From the NCBI GenBank assembly GCA_965242965.1, contig OZ251518.1, positions 5,312,001 to 5,376,000 on the forward strand: DNA of 64,000 nucleotides, given 5' to 3'. Source of the stretch: Candidatus Poribacteria bacterium. Its GTDB lineage: Bacteria > Poribacteria > WGA-4E > WGA-3G. Shown here one piece after another: positions 19,524 to 29,456 of this stretch. The notes beneath the pieces were generated by a model. It had not been told where the DNA came from. It was given only the letters and a program-made list of their open reading frames with translations, and made no database searches. Each line of letters begins with the position of its first letter. Position 1 is the stretch's first letter. A program made the translations under genes and the position numbers.

Positions 19524-20447
19524 ATGAATCAGATGGCGAAACGTGAAAGAAGAACTCGGGTGAAAGAGAGACCGGTTATCGGCGCGCCTACGGCGAAAGA
19601 CTTCGCAAGTGATACGCGCCCGGACTGGTGTCCTCAGTGCGGCGATTTCGGGGTGCTACGTTCACTCCAAATGGCTTACGCGAAAAGCGGCCGCAGCAAC
19701 CATGAACATCTCACCGTGAGCGGTATCGGATGTTCATCAAACCTTCCCGGTTATGTTCGGACGTACGGCATGCACACGCTGCACGGCCGGGCCCTCGCTG
19801 TAGCCACCGGCGCGAAACTAGCGAATCACGAGATGAACGTCGTCGTCACCGGCGGAGATGGAGACGGATACGGTATCGGCGGCAACCATTTCGTTCACAC
19901 GATGCGGAAGAACGTCGATCTTCTCTACATCGTGATGAACAACCAGATTTACGGGCTGACTGTCGGGCAGACCTCGCCGACCAGCCTCATGGGTATGAAA
20001 ACTTACAGCACGCCGTTCGGCAACATTGAGGAGCCGATTAATCCGATTGCGATGGCCGTCGTTGCCGGTGCAACGTATGTCGCGAGAGGGTTCAGCGGTA
20101 ACCCAAGGCAACTGGCAGACCTGATGTATAACGGCATGCAGCACAAGGGATTTGCCCTCATTGACGTGTTCAGTCCCTGCGTCACGTTCAATAAGGACAA
20201 TACCTTTGACTTCTTTAAACCGCGCGTTCAGGACCTGCCGGAATCCCACGATGTCTCTGATAAGGCCGCTGCCTTGGAGGAGGCTGTCAAGTGGGGCGAT
20301 GAAATTCCGATCGGCCTGTTCTATCAGGATTCCGAGCGGCCCTCGCTGGAGCAGATGGAACCCGTGTTGGAAAATGGCCCGATGGCGCACCAGCCGCTCG
20401 GCATTTCCAAGGAACAAGGCGAATCGATTACTCGCCGCCTGATGTAG
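19524..20447 (+). CDS. 2-oxoacid:ferredoxin oxidoreductase subunit beta
   Basis: WCPQCGDF, SGIGCSS, LHGRAL, GGDGD...NN TPP motif, SPCVTF. Confidence 0.95.
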   Translation: MNQMAKRERRTRVKERPVIGAPTAKDFASDTRPDWCPQCGDFGVLRSLQMAYAKSGRSNHEHLTVSGIGCSSNLPGYVRTYGMHTLHGRALAVATGAKLANHEMNVVVTGGDGDGYGIGGNHFVHTMRKNVDLLYIVMNNQIYGLTVGQTSPTSLMGMKTYSTPFGNIEEPINPIAMAVVAGATYVARGFSGNPRQLADLMYNGMQHKGFALIDVFSPCVTFNKDNTFDFFKPRVQDLPESHDVSDKAAALEEAVKWGDEIPIGLFYQDSERPSLEQMEPVLENGPMAHQPLGISKEQGESITRRLM

Positions 20448-20507
20448 CGGGGCACCTTACATGCGCGAATGGATGTCGCTTTTGTCCGTTCGCGCACCTG
20501 AACTATC

Positions 20508-20543
20508 AAACAGGCGGATGGATATTTCTATCCGCCTGTTTTT
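20508..20543 (+). terminator. Rho-independent terminator
   Basis: aacaggcggatgga-tatt-tctatccgcctgtt followed by T run. Confidence 0.8.
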
Positions 20544-20571
20544 GCGTACCTACCCACTTCGGGGCTTCACT

Positions 20572-21279
20572 ATGCGTCTGCATGCAACCGGCATCACAAA
20601 GGACTTCGGCTCTCGTCCGATTGTTAAAGACGTTGACATTGCAGTTGACGCAGGAGAAGTCGTCACGATTTTCGGTCCGAACGGTGCGGGCAAGACAACG
20701 CTGCTGAAGATTCTCGCGACGCTCCTCCGTCCGACATCCGGGCGGCTTGTGATTGAAGGCACGGACGCGCTGGCAGATACGCTGGCTGTCCGCGACGCGC
20801 TCGGTGTCGTTATCCATGAACCCTTGGCATACCCCGATTTCAGTCCTTATGAAAATCTCAAATTTTTCGGGCGCATGTATGGCATTGCGCGATTAGAAGA
20901 ACGCTGCACGACGCTCCTCGCGGAAGTCGGGTTGAACCGTTTTATCCATGAACCGCTTCGGCACTTCTCACGCGGCATGACGCAGCGGTTTATGATAGCG
21001 AGGGCTTTGCTCCATCATCCATCAGTATTGCTATTCGATGAGCCTTTCTCCGGGCTTGATGCCGCTGCCAAGCAGTTTGTCCTCCAACGGATCGCGCGAG
21101 AACAGCACGATGGCAAGGGCATTATCATCACCACGCACAACACAGAATTAGGCTATCTTGCTGGCACAAGGTTTCTTTTCATGATAAACGGCGAGTTGGA
21201 AGCAGTGGCCAATAAAGATGACATTGCTGTGGGCGCATTGGTGCGATTATATGAGGAGCGGGTGGTAAATCTGGTTTAG
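20572..21279 (+). CDS. ccmA: Haem exporter ATP-binding protein CcmA
   Basis: GPNGAGKT, FSRGMTQR, LLFDEPFSGLD; ccm context. Confidence 0.8.
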   Translation: MRLHATGITKDFGSRPIVKDVDIAVDAGEVVTIFGPNGAGKTTLLKILATLLRPTSGRLVIEGTDALADTLAVRDALGVVIHEPLAYPDFSPYENLKFFGRMYGIARLEERCTTLLAEVGLNRFIHEPLRHFSRGMTQRFMIARALLHHPSVLLFDEPFSGLDAAAKQFVLQRIAREQHDGKGIIITTHNTELGYLAGTRFLFMINGELEAVANKDDIAVGALVRLYEERVVNLV

Positions 21280-21295
21280 AAATTTCGGATGCGTT

Positions 21296-21325
21296 TTGCA
21301 TGCATTCTGCGGAATATGCTATAAT
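21296..21325 (+). promoter_or_regulatory. sigma70-type promoter of inserted repeat-protein gene
   Basis: TTGCAT-18 bp-TATAAT with TG extension. Confidence 0.55.
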
Positions 21326-21355
21326 GCATAGTAGCGGCGTGCAAGGAGAATTCTA

Positions 21356-21928
21356 GTGAAAGAGCATCGGGTATCTCTGTTAAGTCTCAGACAAGTCTGG
21401 GAGAAGCCGGGTATTTTTATCTTTCTGGCTCAAGTCATCGTATTTTATATCATCGTTGGGCATCACGAAATCGGGAAGGGAAACGGGTTCGCCGAGACGC
21501 TCATCGCTATCTTTGGGCATGTCGCACTCTTCATTCCGGTTGCGATTTTCCACACGATGGTCTTCACTGAAGTAGGAGGTTGGCTGATGATTAAGTATCA
21601 AATGTTCATGGATGAGCGCGCCCAGCGGATTGCGAACGCGGAGGCGAAGGGGAAAGCCGAGGGTATCGCCCAAGGCAAAGCCGAAGGCAAGGCAGAGGGT
21701 AAAGCCGAGGGTATTGCCCAAGGCAAAGCCGAGGGTATTACCGAGGGTATCGCCCAAGGGAAAGCCGCAGGCATCGCCGAGGGCAAGGCCGCAGGCATCG
21801 CCGAGGGCATCGCCGAGCGCGACCGGGAGTGGACAGATTGGAATAATCGACGGCTGGATGCGGCAGCGAAAGGACAACCCTTTGATGAACCGCCGCCGTT
21901 GAATACGCCACCGGCACCCCCGCAATAG
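21356..21928 (+). CDS. Two-TM hypothetical protein with (K/I)A(E/Q/A)G tetrapeptide repeats and W..W..RR...PFDEPPP tail
   Basis: AAGGAG RBS + GTG; 13 tetrapeptide (12-bp) units; internal GGAGG RBS before in-frame ATG 21587. Confidence 0.7.
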   Translation: MKEHRVSLLSLRQVWEKPGIFIFLAQVIVFYIIVGHHEIGKGNGFAETLIAIFGHVALFIPVAIFHTMVFTEVGGWLMIKYQMFMDERAQRIANAEAKGKAEGIAQGKAEGKAEGKAEGIAQGKAEGITEGIAQGKAAGIAEGKAAGIAEGIAERDREWTDWNNRRLDAAAKGQPFDEPPPLNTPPAPPQ

Positions 21929-22272
21929 TGCGCGGGAAACGCCGCTTTGTTCCGTAGGGCGAGGGACAGGCCCTCGCCTTACAAGAAGCCAAAGTGAGGT
22001 TGGCTGATGATTAAGTATCAAATGTTCATGGATGAGCGCGCGCAGCGAATTGCGAACGCGGAGGCGAAAGGCAAGGCCGAGGGCATCGCCGAGGGCATCG
22101 CCGAGCGCGACCGGGAGTGGACAGACTGGAATAATCGGCGGCTGGATGCGGCAGCGAAAGGACAACCCTTTGATGAACCGCCGCCGTTGAATACGCCACC
22201 GGCACCCCCGCAATAGTGCGCGGGAAACGCCGCTTTGTTCCGTAGGGCGAGGGACAGGCCCTCGCCCTACAA
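21576..22272 (+). repeat. Tandem direct duplication (21576-21984 / 21996-22272), each copy ending in a palindromic REP
   Basis: Near-identical sequence except for a 132-bp (11-unit) difference in the repeat tract; both end in gtagggcgagggacaggccctcgccYtac. Confidence 0.9.
22007..22216 (+). CDS. Stand-alone copy of the C-terminal module of 21356-21928 (2 repeat units)
   Basis: Same MIKYQMFMDERAQRIANAE...PPAPPQ; GAGG RBS retained. Confidence 0.55.
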   Translation: MIKYQMFMDERAQRIANAEAKGKAEGIAEGIAERDREWTDWNNRRLDAAAKGQPFDEPPPLNTPPAPPQ

Positions 22273-22288
22273 CTCAAAGGTAACGTTG

Positions 22289-22981
22289 ATGAAGGAAACC
22301 GTCCATCACATTAGCACGCTCATTCGGAAAGACCTCGGGCTCCATTTCCGTTCAAAAGAGACATTGGCTTTAATCTTTGTCTTTAGTCTGCTAGTTGTCC
22401 TCATCTTCGCGTTCGCGTTCGGGCCGATTTTCCCAGAGAAAGCGGAACGCGGCAAACTCACCGCCAGCGTCCTCTGGGCCGCCTTCGTCTTCGCAGGAAT
22501 TATCACCTTAAACCGTTCATTCGCGCTTGAAAGGACAAGTGGTGCCTTGCACGGTATCCGACTAACAGGCGTTGATGCTAGCAACTTCTACCTCGCTAAG
22601 GTTATCAGCAACCTCATTTTTCTTTTGCTGTTAGAAGTTGTCATCACGCCGATTGCACTGCAATTCTTGGATCTCCTTAATTTCGTGACGGTAGGCGTGC
22701 TGCTGAAATTGATAGGCGTATTGAGCATCGGCACCCTCGGCTTCTGTGCCGTCGGCGTGCTCCTGGCAGGCATGTCAACGAGTGTCGGCGGTGAAAGCCT
22801 CCTCTCGGTAATCTTACTGCCGCTCGTTCTCCCGATTATCATGGGCGGCGCGAAATGCACCGTATCCCTGCTCGTCAATGGGACGGCGGCAAGCGGGATG
22901 TGGCTGAATTTGTTAGTCGGGTATAGTCTCATTTTCTTAGCCGCCGCCTATCTCCTCGCCGAGGCTGTGATTGAGGAATAA
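22289..22981 (+). CDS. ccmB: Haem exporter permease CcmB
   Basis: IRKDL...RSKE, LNRSFALERTSGAL, LLSVILLPLVLPII; multi-TM. Confidence 0.85.
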   Translation: MKETVHHISTLIRKDLGLHFRSKETLALIFVFSLLVVLIFAFAFGPIFPEKAERGKLTASVLWAAFVFAGIITLNRSFALERTSGALHGIRLTGVDASNFYLAKVISNLIFLLLLEVVITPIALQFLDLLNFVTVGVLLKLIGVLSIGTLGFCAVGVLLAGMSTSVGGESLLSVILLPLVLPIIMGGAKCTVSLLVNGTAASGMWLNLLVGYSLIFLAAAYLLAEAVIEE

Positions 22982-22995
22982 CAGAGGAACATCTT

Positions 22996-25672
22996 ATGTC
23001 TAAAAAACCGATCGATCATTATCAACACCGCGATAAACGCGCCAACAACCCAACGCAAGAGCTCAGCGGGTTTGCCGAAGACGCGGAGACGCAACCCGAC
23101 ACTATCCGCTACCCGCGCGATACTGCGCTGGACCCGCAGCTCGTCTGGCGCGGCAAGGACGCACAGAACGCTGAAGCCCTCGGGGTTAACGCCGTGCCAA
23201 TCTATGCGCAGGAGCACATCCAACCGCAAGCGATTATTGAGGCTCTCCGCGCCCAAAAAGCGCAGGACGAACCGGGGCAAACCGAGATGCTCTTTGAGGG
23301 ATTCAACGCGCTAGAATTTGGACAGCGCATTGAGTTCTATCAGCACGAACAGAATTGGAATAACCGCTTCATTTTAGGCGATTCGCTCCTCGTTATGAAT
23401 TCCCTCGCCGAGAAAGAGGGGCTTAAAAGCCGAGTGCAGACGATATACTTCGATCCGCCTTACGGCATCAAATTCGGGAGTAACTGGCAAGTCAGCACCC
23501 GAAAACCGAGCGTCGGCGATACGAAAACGGAAGATGTGACGCTCCAACCGGAACAAATCCGCGCGTTCCGAGATACGTGGGAACTCGGCATCCACTCCTA
23601 TTTGGCGTATCTGCGCGACCGGCTTACTGTGGCGCGCGAACTCCTCACCGATAGCGGCAGTATCTTCGTCCAAATCAGTGACGAAAACGTCCATCTCGTC
23701 CGTTCGCTATTAGACGAGGTTTTCGGCAGTGACAATTTTGTCACCACAATTGCTTGGACCCGGGCGGAAACTACTTCTTCGACATCCATCTCGTCGGTAT
23801 TTGATTATCTGTTATGGTATGCCAAAGATCGGAATCGGATGAAGTATCGGCAGCTCTATATGGAATGGGACGAACGCAAACCGGACCCGCTCCTTAAATC
23901 TTATGAGCGGGTGCAGCTGCCGGATGGAACACAGCGCAGAATGACGCGTAAAGAGAAGCAAGATCCGAGTCTGCTGCCTGTGGGAAGTCGGAGATTAGTG
24001 GATTATTCGGTTACCTCAGAGACAGCAGGTAATGCCACTTATGAATATGAATTTGAAGGCAGAGGTTTCACGCCAACAAGCGATAGAGGTTGGGCTGCCA
24101 GCCGCGAAGGACTAGATAGACTTGCCAAACAGGGCAGGCTTTTGGCACCGGGTAAATCTTTGCGCTATATTCGATACGCTACCGATTCACCCGGCCGCGC
24201 GCTTACGAACCTTTGGACAGATACCGCGGGAGGACGCTCTGGGAAAACCTATGTCGTTGAGACGCAACCGAAAGTCATCCAACGGTGCATTCTGATGACA
24301 AGCGACCCGGGTGATCTTGTCCTCGATCCCACTTGCGGCAGCGGCACCACCGCCTACGTCGCAGAACAATGGGGCAGACGGTGGATAACAATTGATACCT
24401 CCCGTGTTGCCCTCGCCTTGGCGCGCACGCGGCTCATGTCCGCTGTCTATCCTTACTATCGTTTGGAAGATGCCACCGATATCAAGCAGGGGTTTTCCTA
24501 CAAAACCGCGCCGCACATCAGCCTCTCGGATATGGCGAACAACCTTGAGATTGACGACATCCATGCCGAGTATGCACCGAAATTAGACGAGATTCGTGAA
24601 TTACTAAACTCGCGTTTAGAGAAGGGGGGGGTCTTGGGAAGATTGGGAAGTTCCTCAAGAACCCGATCCTTCGTGGAGTGCGGAAACGCAGCAACTGCAC
24701 AAACGGTGGCTTTCCCTCAAGCGTGAGCGGCAGGCGGAGATGGATGCGTCTACGGCGCGTCGTGCCACCAGCGAGATACTCTATGATAGACCGCATGTTG
24801 ACAGAAGTCGGACGCGCGTCGCCGGTCCGTTTACGGTGGAGAGTTTATCGCCGCACCGCATGCAAGAGGGTGCCGATACTGCGCCGCCTGTGGAATCACC
24901 GGATTTTCATGCGCACATCGTGGAGCATCTGAAGAGTGCGGGTGTGCAGAATCGCATTCGGGAACAACGGCTAACGTTTGACTGGCTGTCGCCGTTCCCC
25001 GGCGAGTATCTCCATGCCGAGGGTGCCTATACCGACGAAAACGGTGAATCACAGAGTGTCGCGATTAGCATCGGGCCGCAGTATGAGACTGTGGGTAGAC
25101 AGTGGATGGAAGGCGCAGCGCGCGAGGCGATGCGTCGTATCCCGAAATTCAAGCAGCTCATCGTTTTAGGGTTCGCCTTTGAGGGATACACGGCGGATGA
25201 GCGCACCCGCATGGGGAGTCTCCCGATTCTTCCGATTAAGATGAGCCCGGAATTGATGATAGGCGAACTCAAGAACACCGGCGCGGGCAATCTCTTCATG
25301 AACTTCGGCGAACCTGACATTGAACTCCAACGGCAGGATGATGGCAGACTCGTCGTGAAGTTGTTAGGCGTTGATGTGTTCGATGCACGGCAAGGCTTGG
25401 TGCGTTCGGATAACCCTGATGAGATTGCCTGCTGGTTTATTGACACCGACTACAACGATGAGGCGTTTTTCATGCGGCATGCCTATTTCACCGGCGCAGA
25501 CGAACCTTACGAGAAACTGAAGCAGACGTTGAGTGACGACATTGACGAGGCGGCGTGGGAGAGTCTGTATCGGACAGAGAGTCTTCCGTTTATGGGGTCT
25601 ACCTCCGGCAAAATCGCGGTGAAAGTGATTAATCACTACGGGGACGAGGTCTTGAAGGTTTACGAGGTGTAA
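22996..25672 (+). pseudogene. Type III-like RM methyltransferase Mod (beta class), split by a frameshift at G8 tract
   Basis: ORF 22996-24726 has DPPY and DPTCGSGTT; the alternative frame after the G run reads SWEDWEVPQE...RQAEMDASTARRA and joins ORF 24740-25672 (...KIAVKVINHYGDEVLKVYEV). Confidence 0.85.
24624..24631 (+). repeat. G8 homopolymer at Mod frameshift
   Basis: gagaaGGGGGGGGtcttgggaagattgg; G7 (or G10) restores the frame. Confidence 0.85.
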
Positions 25673-25685
25673 TTTTTCCTAAAAG

Positions 25686-25714
25686 TTGCATTTCGTCGCG
25701 CGATGTGGTATAAT
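25686..25714 (+). promoter_or_regulatory. sigma70-type promoter of ATPase-PIN array
   Basis: TTGCAT-17 bp-TATAAT with TGn extension, about 25 nt upstream of ATG 25739. Confidence 0.75.
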
Positions 25715-25738
25715 TACAGTCAAAGGAGACAGGAAGCC

Positions 25739-27055
25739 ATGATTACGCATATCCGCGTGAAAAACTTCAAATCGTGGGCGGACAGCGGAGCGGTGAAACT
25801 CGCGCCGCTGACGGGATTTTTCGGTACGAATAGTTCTGGGAAGAGCAGTCTGTTGCAGATGCTGTTGTTGCTGAAGCAGACTATCGGCCGCGAAGAGGTG
25901 CTCTTCTTCGGTGATGAGTCTTCGTTGGTGAATCTGGGAAGTTTCCACGATGTCATTCATGGGCATGACACCGATGCCTTGCTGGAGTTGGAATTCGGAT
26001 GCAACCTCTGGCAACCGGGGGGAATCAGGATTCTTGGCAGAGATACCGACTGGAGAATACAGAATCTTCAAATCTCTGTTGACACTTTCACTTTTACCAC
26101 GTCTATCCGGCAAAAACAGCATTCTCTCAGCGTTGCTTCCATTCGCTATGGTTTGGACTCCGGCGATGTTCCAGAGGTTCGTTGGGAGAATGGCAGCTGG
26201 TCTTATAGAGAATTGCTTGGCAGACAACCTAGTTGGCGTGAGCAAATATCGGATTGCTACGGTGGTTCTGTTTCAGCAGATGTCGTAAAGCCGCTCGCCT
26301 TTGCATTTGAGAGGCAATTTTCTCACGTGTATTACCTCGGGCCGGCTCGGGTTACGCCCCAGCGATGTTATCATTGGGAAGGCACACATCCGCGTGACAC
26401 CGGGTTGTGGGGCGATAAAACGATTGACGCTCTACTCTCCGCTCGCGTGAAACGGCTGATAACCCACTATCAGGGAGAACACCGGCAAATCGAGGAGCGG
26501 GTATCAGCATGGCTCCAGGCTATGGAGCTCGCCTCTGCTTTTTCGCTAGATTCCAGTAACAATGGCGACGGAAGGGACTATGAAGTTCGCATCAAAAAAG
26601 ATAGCGTCAGTCCTGAGGTAACGCTGGTTGACATGGGGTATGGGTTATCGCAGTTTCTCCCTGTCCTCGTTCTCTGCTATTACGCACCGGAGGGTTCAAC
26701 GCTCATTCTGGAGCAACCGGGCATGCACCTGCATCCGAAGGTTCAATCGCAACTGGCAGACCTGCTAATAGAGGTTGTCACGGAACGGAATCTCCAAGTG
26801 CTGGTGGAGAGCCACAGCGAACATCTACTCAACCGGTTGCAGCGGCGCATCGCCGAAGAGCAGATTTCTGTTGATAAAACTGCCCTCTATTTTTGTCGTA
26901 ACGAGCGTGGCGTTTCCGCTCGTGAGCGGCTAGAAGTAGACGAATTCGGTAACATCGCGAATTGGCCGGAAAACTTTTTCGGCGACGAGATGGGCGATTT
27001 GTTGGCGATGGCTCAAGCGCAAATGGAACGGCAAAAACGGGCGGGGGAGTCATGA
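25739..27055 (+). CDS. ABC-type (AAA_15/AAA_21) ATPase with DUF3696-like C-terminus, copy 1
   Basis: NFKSW, Walker A GTNSSGKS, signature GYGLSQ, Walker B LILEQPGMHLHP, ESHSEH, DEFGNIANWPENFF. Confidence 0.9.
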   Translation: MITHIRVKNFKSWADSGAVKLAPLTGFFGTNSSGKSSLLQMLLLLKQTIGREEVLFFGDESSLVNLGSFHDVIHGHDTDALLELEFGCNLWQPGGIRILGRDTDWRIQNLQISVDTFTFTTSIRQKQHSLSVASIRYGLDSGDVPEVRWENGSWSYRELLGRQPSWREQISDCYGGSVSADVVKPLAFAFERQFSHVYYLGPARVTPQRCYHWEGTHPRDTGLWGDKTIDALLSARVKRLITHYQGEHRQIEERVSAWLQAMELASAFSLDSSNNGDGRDYEVRIKKDSVSPEVTLVDMGYGLSQFLPVLVLCYYAPEGSTLILEQPGMHLHPKVQSQLADLLIEVVTERNLQVLVESHSEHLLNRLQRRIAEEQISVDKTALYFCRNERGVSARERLEVDEFGNIANWPENFFGDEMGDLLAMAQAQMERQKRAGES

Positions 27056-27582
27056 ACGCAGTTATCGTAGACACGAATGTCATCGGCATCGCAAATCGTA
27101 AAGGAGAGCACGCGTCACTGGCCTGTATTGAACACTGTCAACGGCGGCTCCATCAGATTCTCTCCCGCCGCGAAAAGGTGGTTGTTGACGATGCGTGGCG
27201 AATTTTTGGAGAATACACCAGATACGTAGACACCGGCACCCGTAAAGGGATCGGCGATATCTTCGTGAAAACATTGCTGCAAAACTTAAGGAAGCCTGCG
27301 ATTTGTGAGATGGTGCATATCACGCCATTGGCTGGAAACGGCACCGATTTCGCTGAGTTTCCTACCGATGCGGCGTTGAGCAAATTCGATCCGGACGACA
27401 GAAAATTTATCGCTGTCGCCTGCGCGTATCGGCAAACCTCCGGACAATCCGCGACTATCCTGCTAGCGATAGATAGAGGGTGGCTTGACTTTGTGGGTGC
27501 TTTGGCGGCACATGAAGTCGCGATTGACTTCCTCTGTGAGGCGGACATTCAGCGACCTCGTCCAGATGAACAGAGGAGTTAA
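27052..27582 (+). CDS. PIN-domain protein, copy 1
   Basis: VIVDTNVI, FGEY, DPDDRKFIAVA; ATGA coupling to ATPase. Confidence 0.8.
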   Translation: MNAVIVDTNVIGIANRKGEHASLACIEHCQRRLHQILSRREKVVVDDAWRIFGEYTRYVDTGTRKGIGDIFVKTLLQNLRKPAICEMVHITPLAGNGTDFAEFPTDAALSKFDPDDRKFIAVACAYRQTSGQSATILLAIDRGWLDFVGALAAHEVAIDFLCEADIQRPRPDEQRS

Positions 27583-27585
27583 GAA

Positions 27586-28914
27586 ATGTTGACGCACATC
27601 CGACTGCAAAACTTCAAATCGTGGGCAGACAGTGGGGAGGTGGTTCTTGCGCCGCTGACAGGCTTTTTCGGAACGAATAGTTCTGGGAAGAGCAGTCTGT
27701 TGCAGATGCTGTTGTTGCTGAAGCAGACTATCGGCCGCGAAGAGGTGCTGTTTTTCGGGGACGCGCAGTCGCTGGTGAATCTGGGGAGTTTCGGTGACGT
27801 GATTCATGGACACAACACCGATGCTTCGCTGACATTGGAATTCGGATGCAAGCCCCGGAAACCCGTGAAGATCAGCGTGCCTGACGTGAACGCCACTGAA
27901 CATCCAGACGCTCTTTCTGCCCCCATTGGTAGTTTCACTTTCACCACGTCTATCCGTGAAGAAAGGGGAAATTTGAAAGTTGCGCGCCTTCGTTACAAGC
28001 TGCTTTCCGGGGATGTTTCCAAAGTTTCTTGGGAAAAGGGACGCTGGATTCACAGCAATTCGCGCGGCGAATCCGTAGGAGGGAGTAGCACTATCAAGAA
28101 CTGCTGCGGGTCCCCTGAGTGGCGTTTAAGTGAAGTATTAGGGCCTCTGACCGCCGCGTTTGAAGATCAATTCTCTCGCGTTTATTACCTCGGTCCAACC
28201 CGTGTTCATCCGCAACGGCACTATCATTGGAATGGCAAGCATCCGGTGGAGATGGGTTTGTTTGGGGATCAGGCGATCGACGCGCTCCTTTCGGCGCGCG
28301 TGCGGAATCTGAAAACTTCCCACAACGGCAACGGCGTTCCAATTGAAAACCGAGTATCAGCGTGGCTGCAAAAGATGGAGCTCGCGCACGATTTTTGGCT
28401 GGGCCCGAACAGGTCTTCGGACAATAGTACCTACGAGGTTCGCATTCAAAAAAGCCCTTCTAGCGCAAGGGTGACTTTGGCAGACATGGGCTACGGCTTG
28501 GCGGATCTGTTGCCGATCTTAGTCCACTGCTACTATGTGCCAGAAGGCTCGACGTTGATTCTAGAGCAGCCCGGCATTCATCTGCATCCGCATACACAGG
28601 CGCAACTCGCCGACCTGTTTTTAGAGGTGATTGCCGAACGAAATCTCCAAATTCTGATTGAGAGCCACAGCGAGCAGTTGTTGACGCGCCTGCAGCGGCG
28701 CATTGCGGAAAAAAAGGTTGCACAGGACACCATCGCCTTGTATTTTTGCCGTAACACCGACGGTGCCTCTACTATTGAGAAATTAGAGGTAGACGCACTG
28801 GGGGATATCCACAACTGGCCGGAATACTTCTTCGGGGATGTGATGGGCGACATGTTCGCAGTCACTGATGTCCAAGTTGAACGTCTTCAATCCCAAGAGG
28901 AAGCGAGCGGTTAG
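27586..28914 (+). CDS. ABC-type ATPase with DUF3696-like C-terminus, copy 2
   Basis: Same motifs (GTNSSGKS, GYGLAD, EQPGIHLHP, ESHSEQ, NWPEYFF). Confidence 0.9.
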   Translation: MLTHIRLQNFKSWADSGEVVLAPLTGFFGTNSSGKSSLLQMLLLLKQTIGREEVLFFGDAQSLVNLGSFGDVIHGHNTDASLTLEFGCKPRKPVKISVPDVNATEHPDALSAPIGSFTFTTSIREERGNLKVARLRYKLLSGDVSKVSWEKGRWIHSNSRGESVGGSSTIKNCCGSPEWRLSEVLGPLTAAFEDQFSRVYYLGPTRVHPQRHYHWNGKHPVEMGLFGDQAIDALLSARVRNLKTSHNGNGVPIENRVSAWLQKMELAHDFWLGPNRSSDNSTYEVRIQKSPSSARVTLADMGYGLADLLPILVHCYYVPEGSTLILEQPGIHLHPHTQAQLADLFLEVIAERNLQILIESHSEQLLTRLQRRIAEKKVAQDTIALYFCRNTDGASTIEKLEVDALGDIHNWPEYFFGDVMGDMFAVTDVQVERLQSQEEASG

Positions 28915-29453
28915 TGAACACCGTTATCCTTGATACCAACGTGATTGTCATCGCGAATGGCCAAGCACCTCAGGCATCCGCGGATTGCGTGAGGCGATGT
29001 CGTCAGCGGCTGGCTCTTATTCTCAGCGGTTCGGAGAAAGTGGTGTTAGACTACGGACAGCGCATTCTGCAAGAATACAGGCGAAATCTGAGAGGTGAAA
29101 GACATCCTCGGCGCGGGCGCGGCGATCTGTTTTTGCAGTGGTTAAGACAAAATCAGTGGAACGAGGAAAGGTGCTCCCTTGTCCATATTACGCCGCTAAC
29201 CGGCAACGGTAACGATTTCGCCGAATTCCCGAACGAGGATACCGCGTTAGCGACTTTTCACAAAAAGGATAGGAAATTCATCGCTGTCGCCTGCGCGTAT
29301 CGGCAAACCTCCGGGCACGCCGCGACTATTCTGCTGGCGATAGATAGAGGGTGGCTTGACTTTGTGGGCGCGCTGACGGCACATGAAGTCGCGATCGACT
29401 TCCTCTGCGAGAGGGACATTCAGCAGCCCCGTCAAGACGAACTGAGGAATTAA
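28914..29453 (+). CDS. PIN-domain protein, copy 2
   Basis: VILDTNVI, LQEY, HKKDRKFIAVA; GTG start overlaps ATPase stop. Confidence 0.8.
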   Translation: MNTVILDTNVIVIANGQAPQASADCVRRCRQRLALILSGSEKVVLDYGQRILQEYRRNLRGERHPRRGRGDLFLQWLRQNQWNEERCSLVHITPLTGNGNDFAEFPNEDTALATFHKKDRKFIAVACAYRQTSGHAATILLAIDRGWLDFVGALTAHEVAIDFLCERDIQQPRQDELRN

Positions 29454-29456
29454 GAC

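Noticed and set aside
21576-22272. Diversity-generating retroelement template/variable repeat pair (also considered for 41331-41960)
   Set aside because: Differences are not adenine-specific and no reverse transcriptase is in the window.
24740-25672. Independent 310-aa gene downstream of mod
   Set aside because: Its frame is open back to the G8 tract and encodes the expected continuation of Mod, so it is treated as one frameshifted gene. Independent initiation at 24740 cannot be fully excluded.
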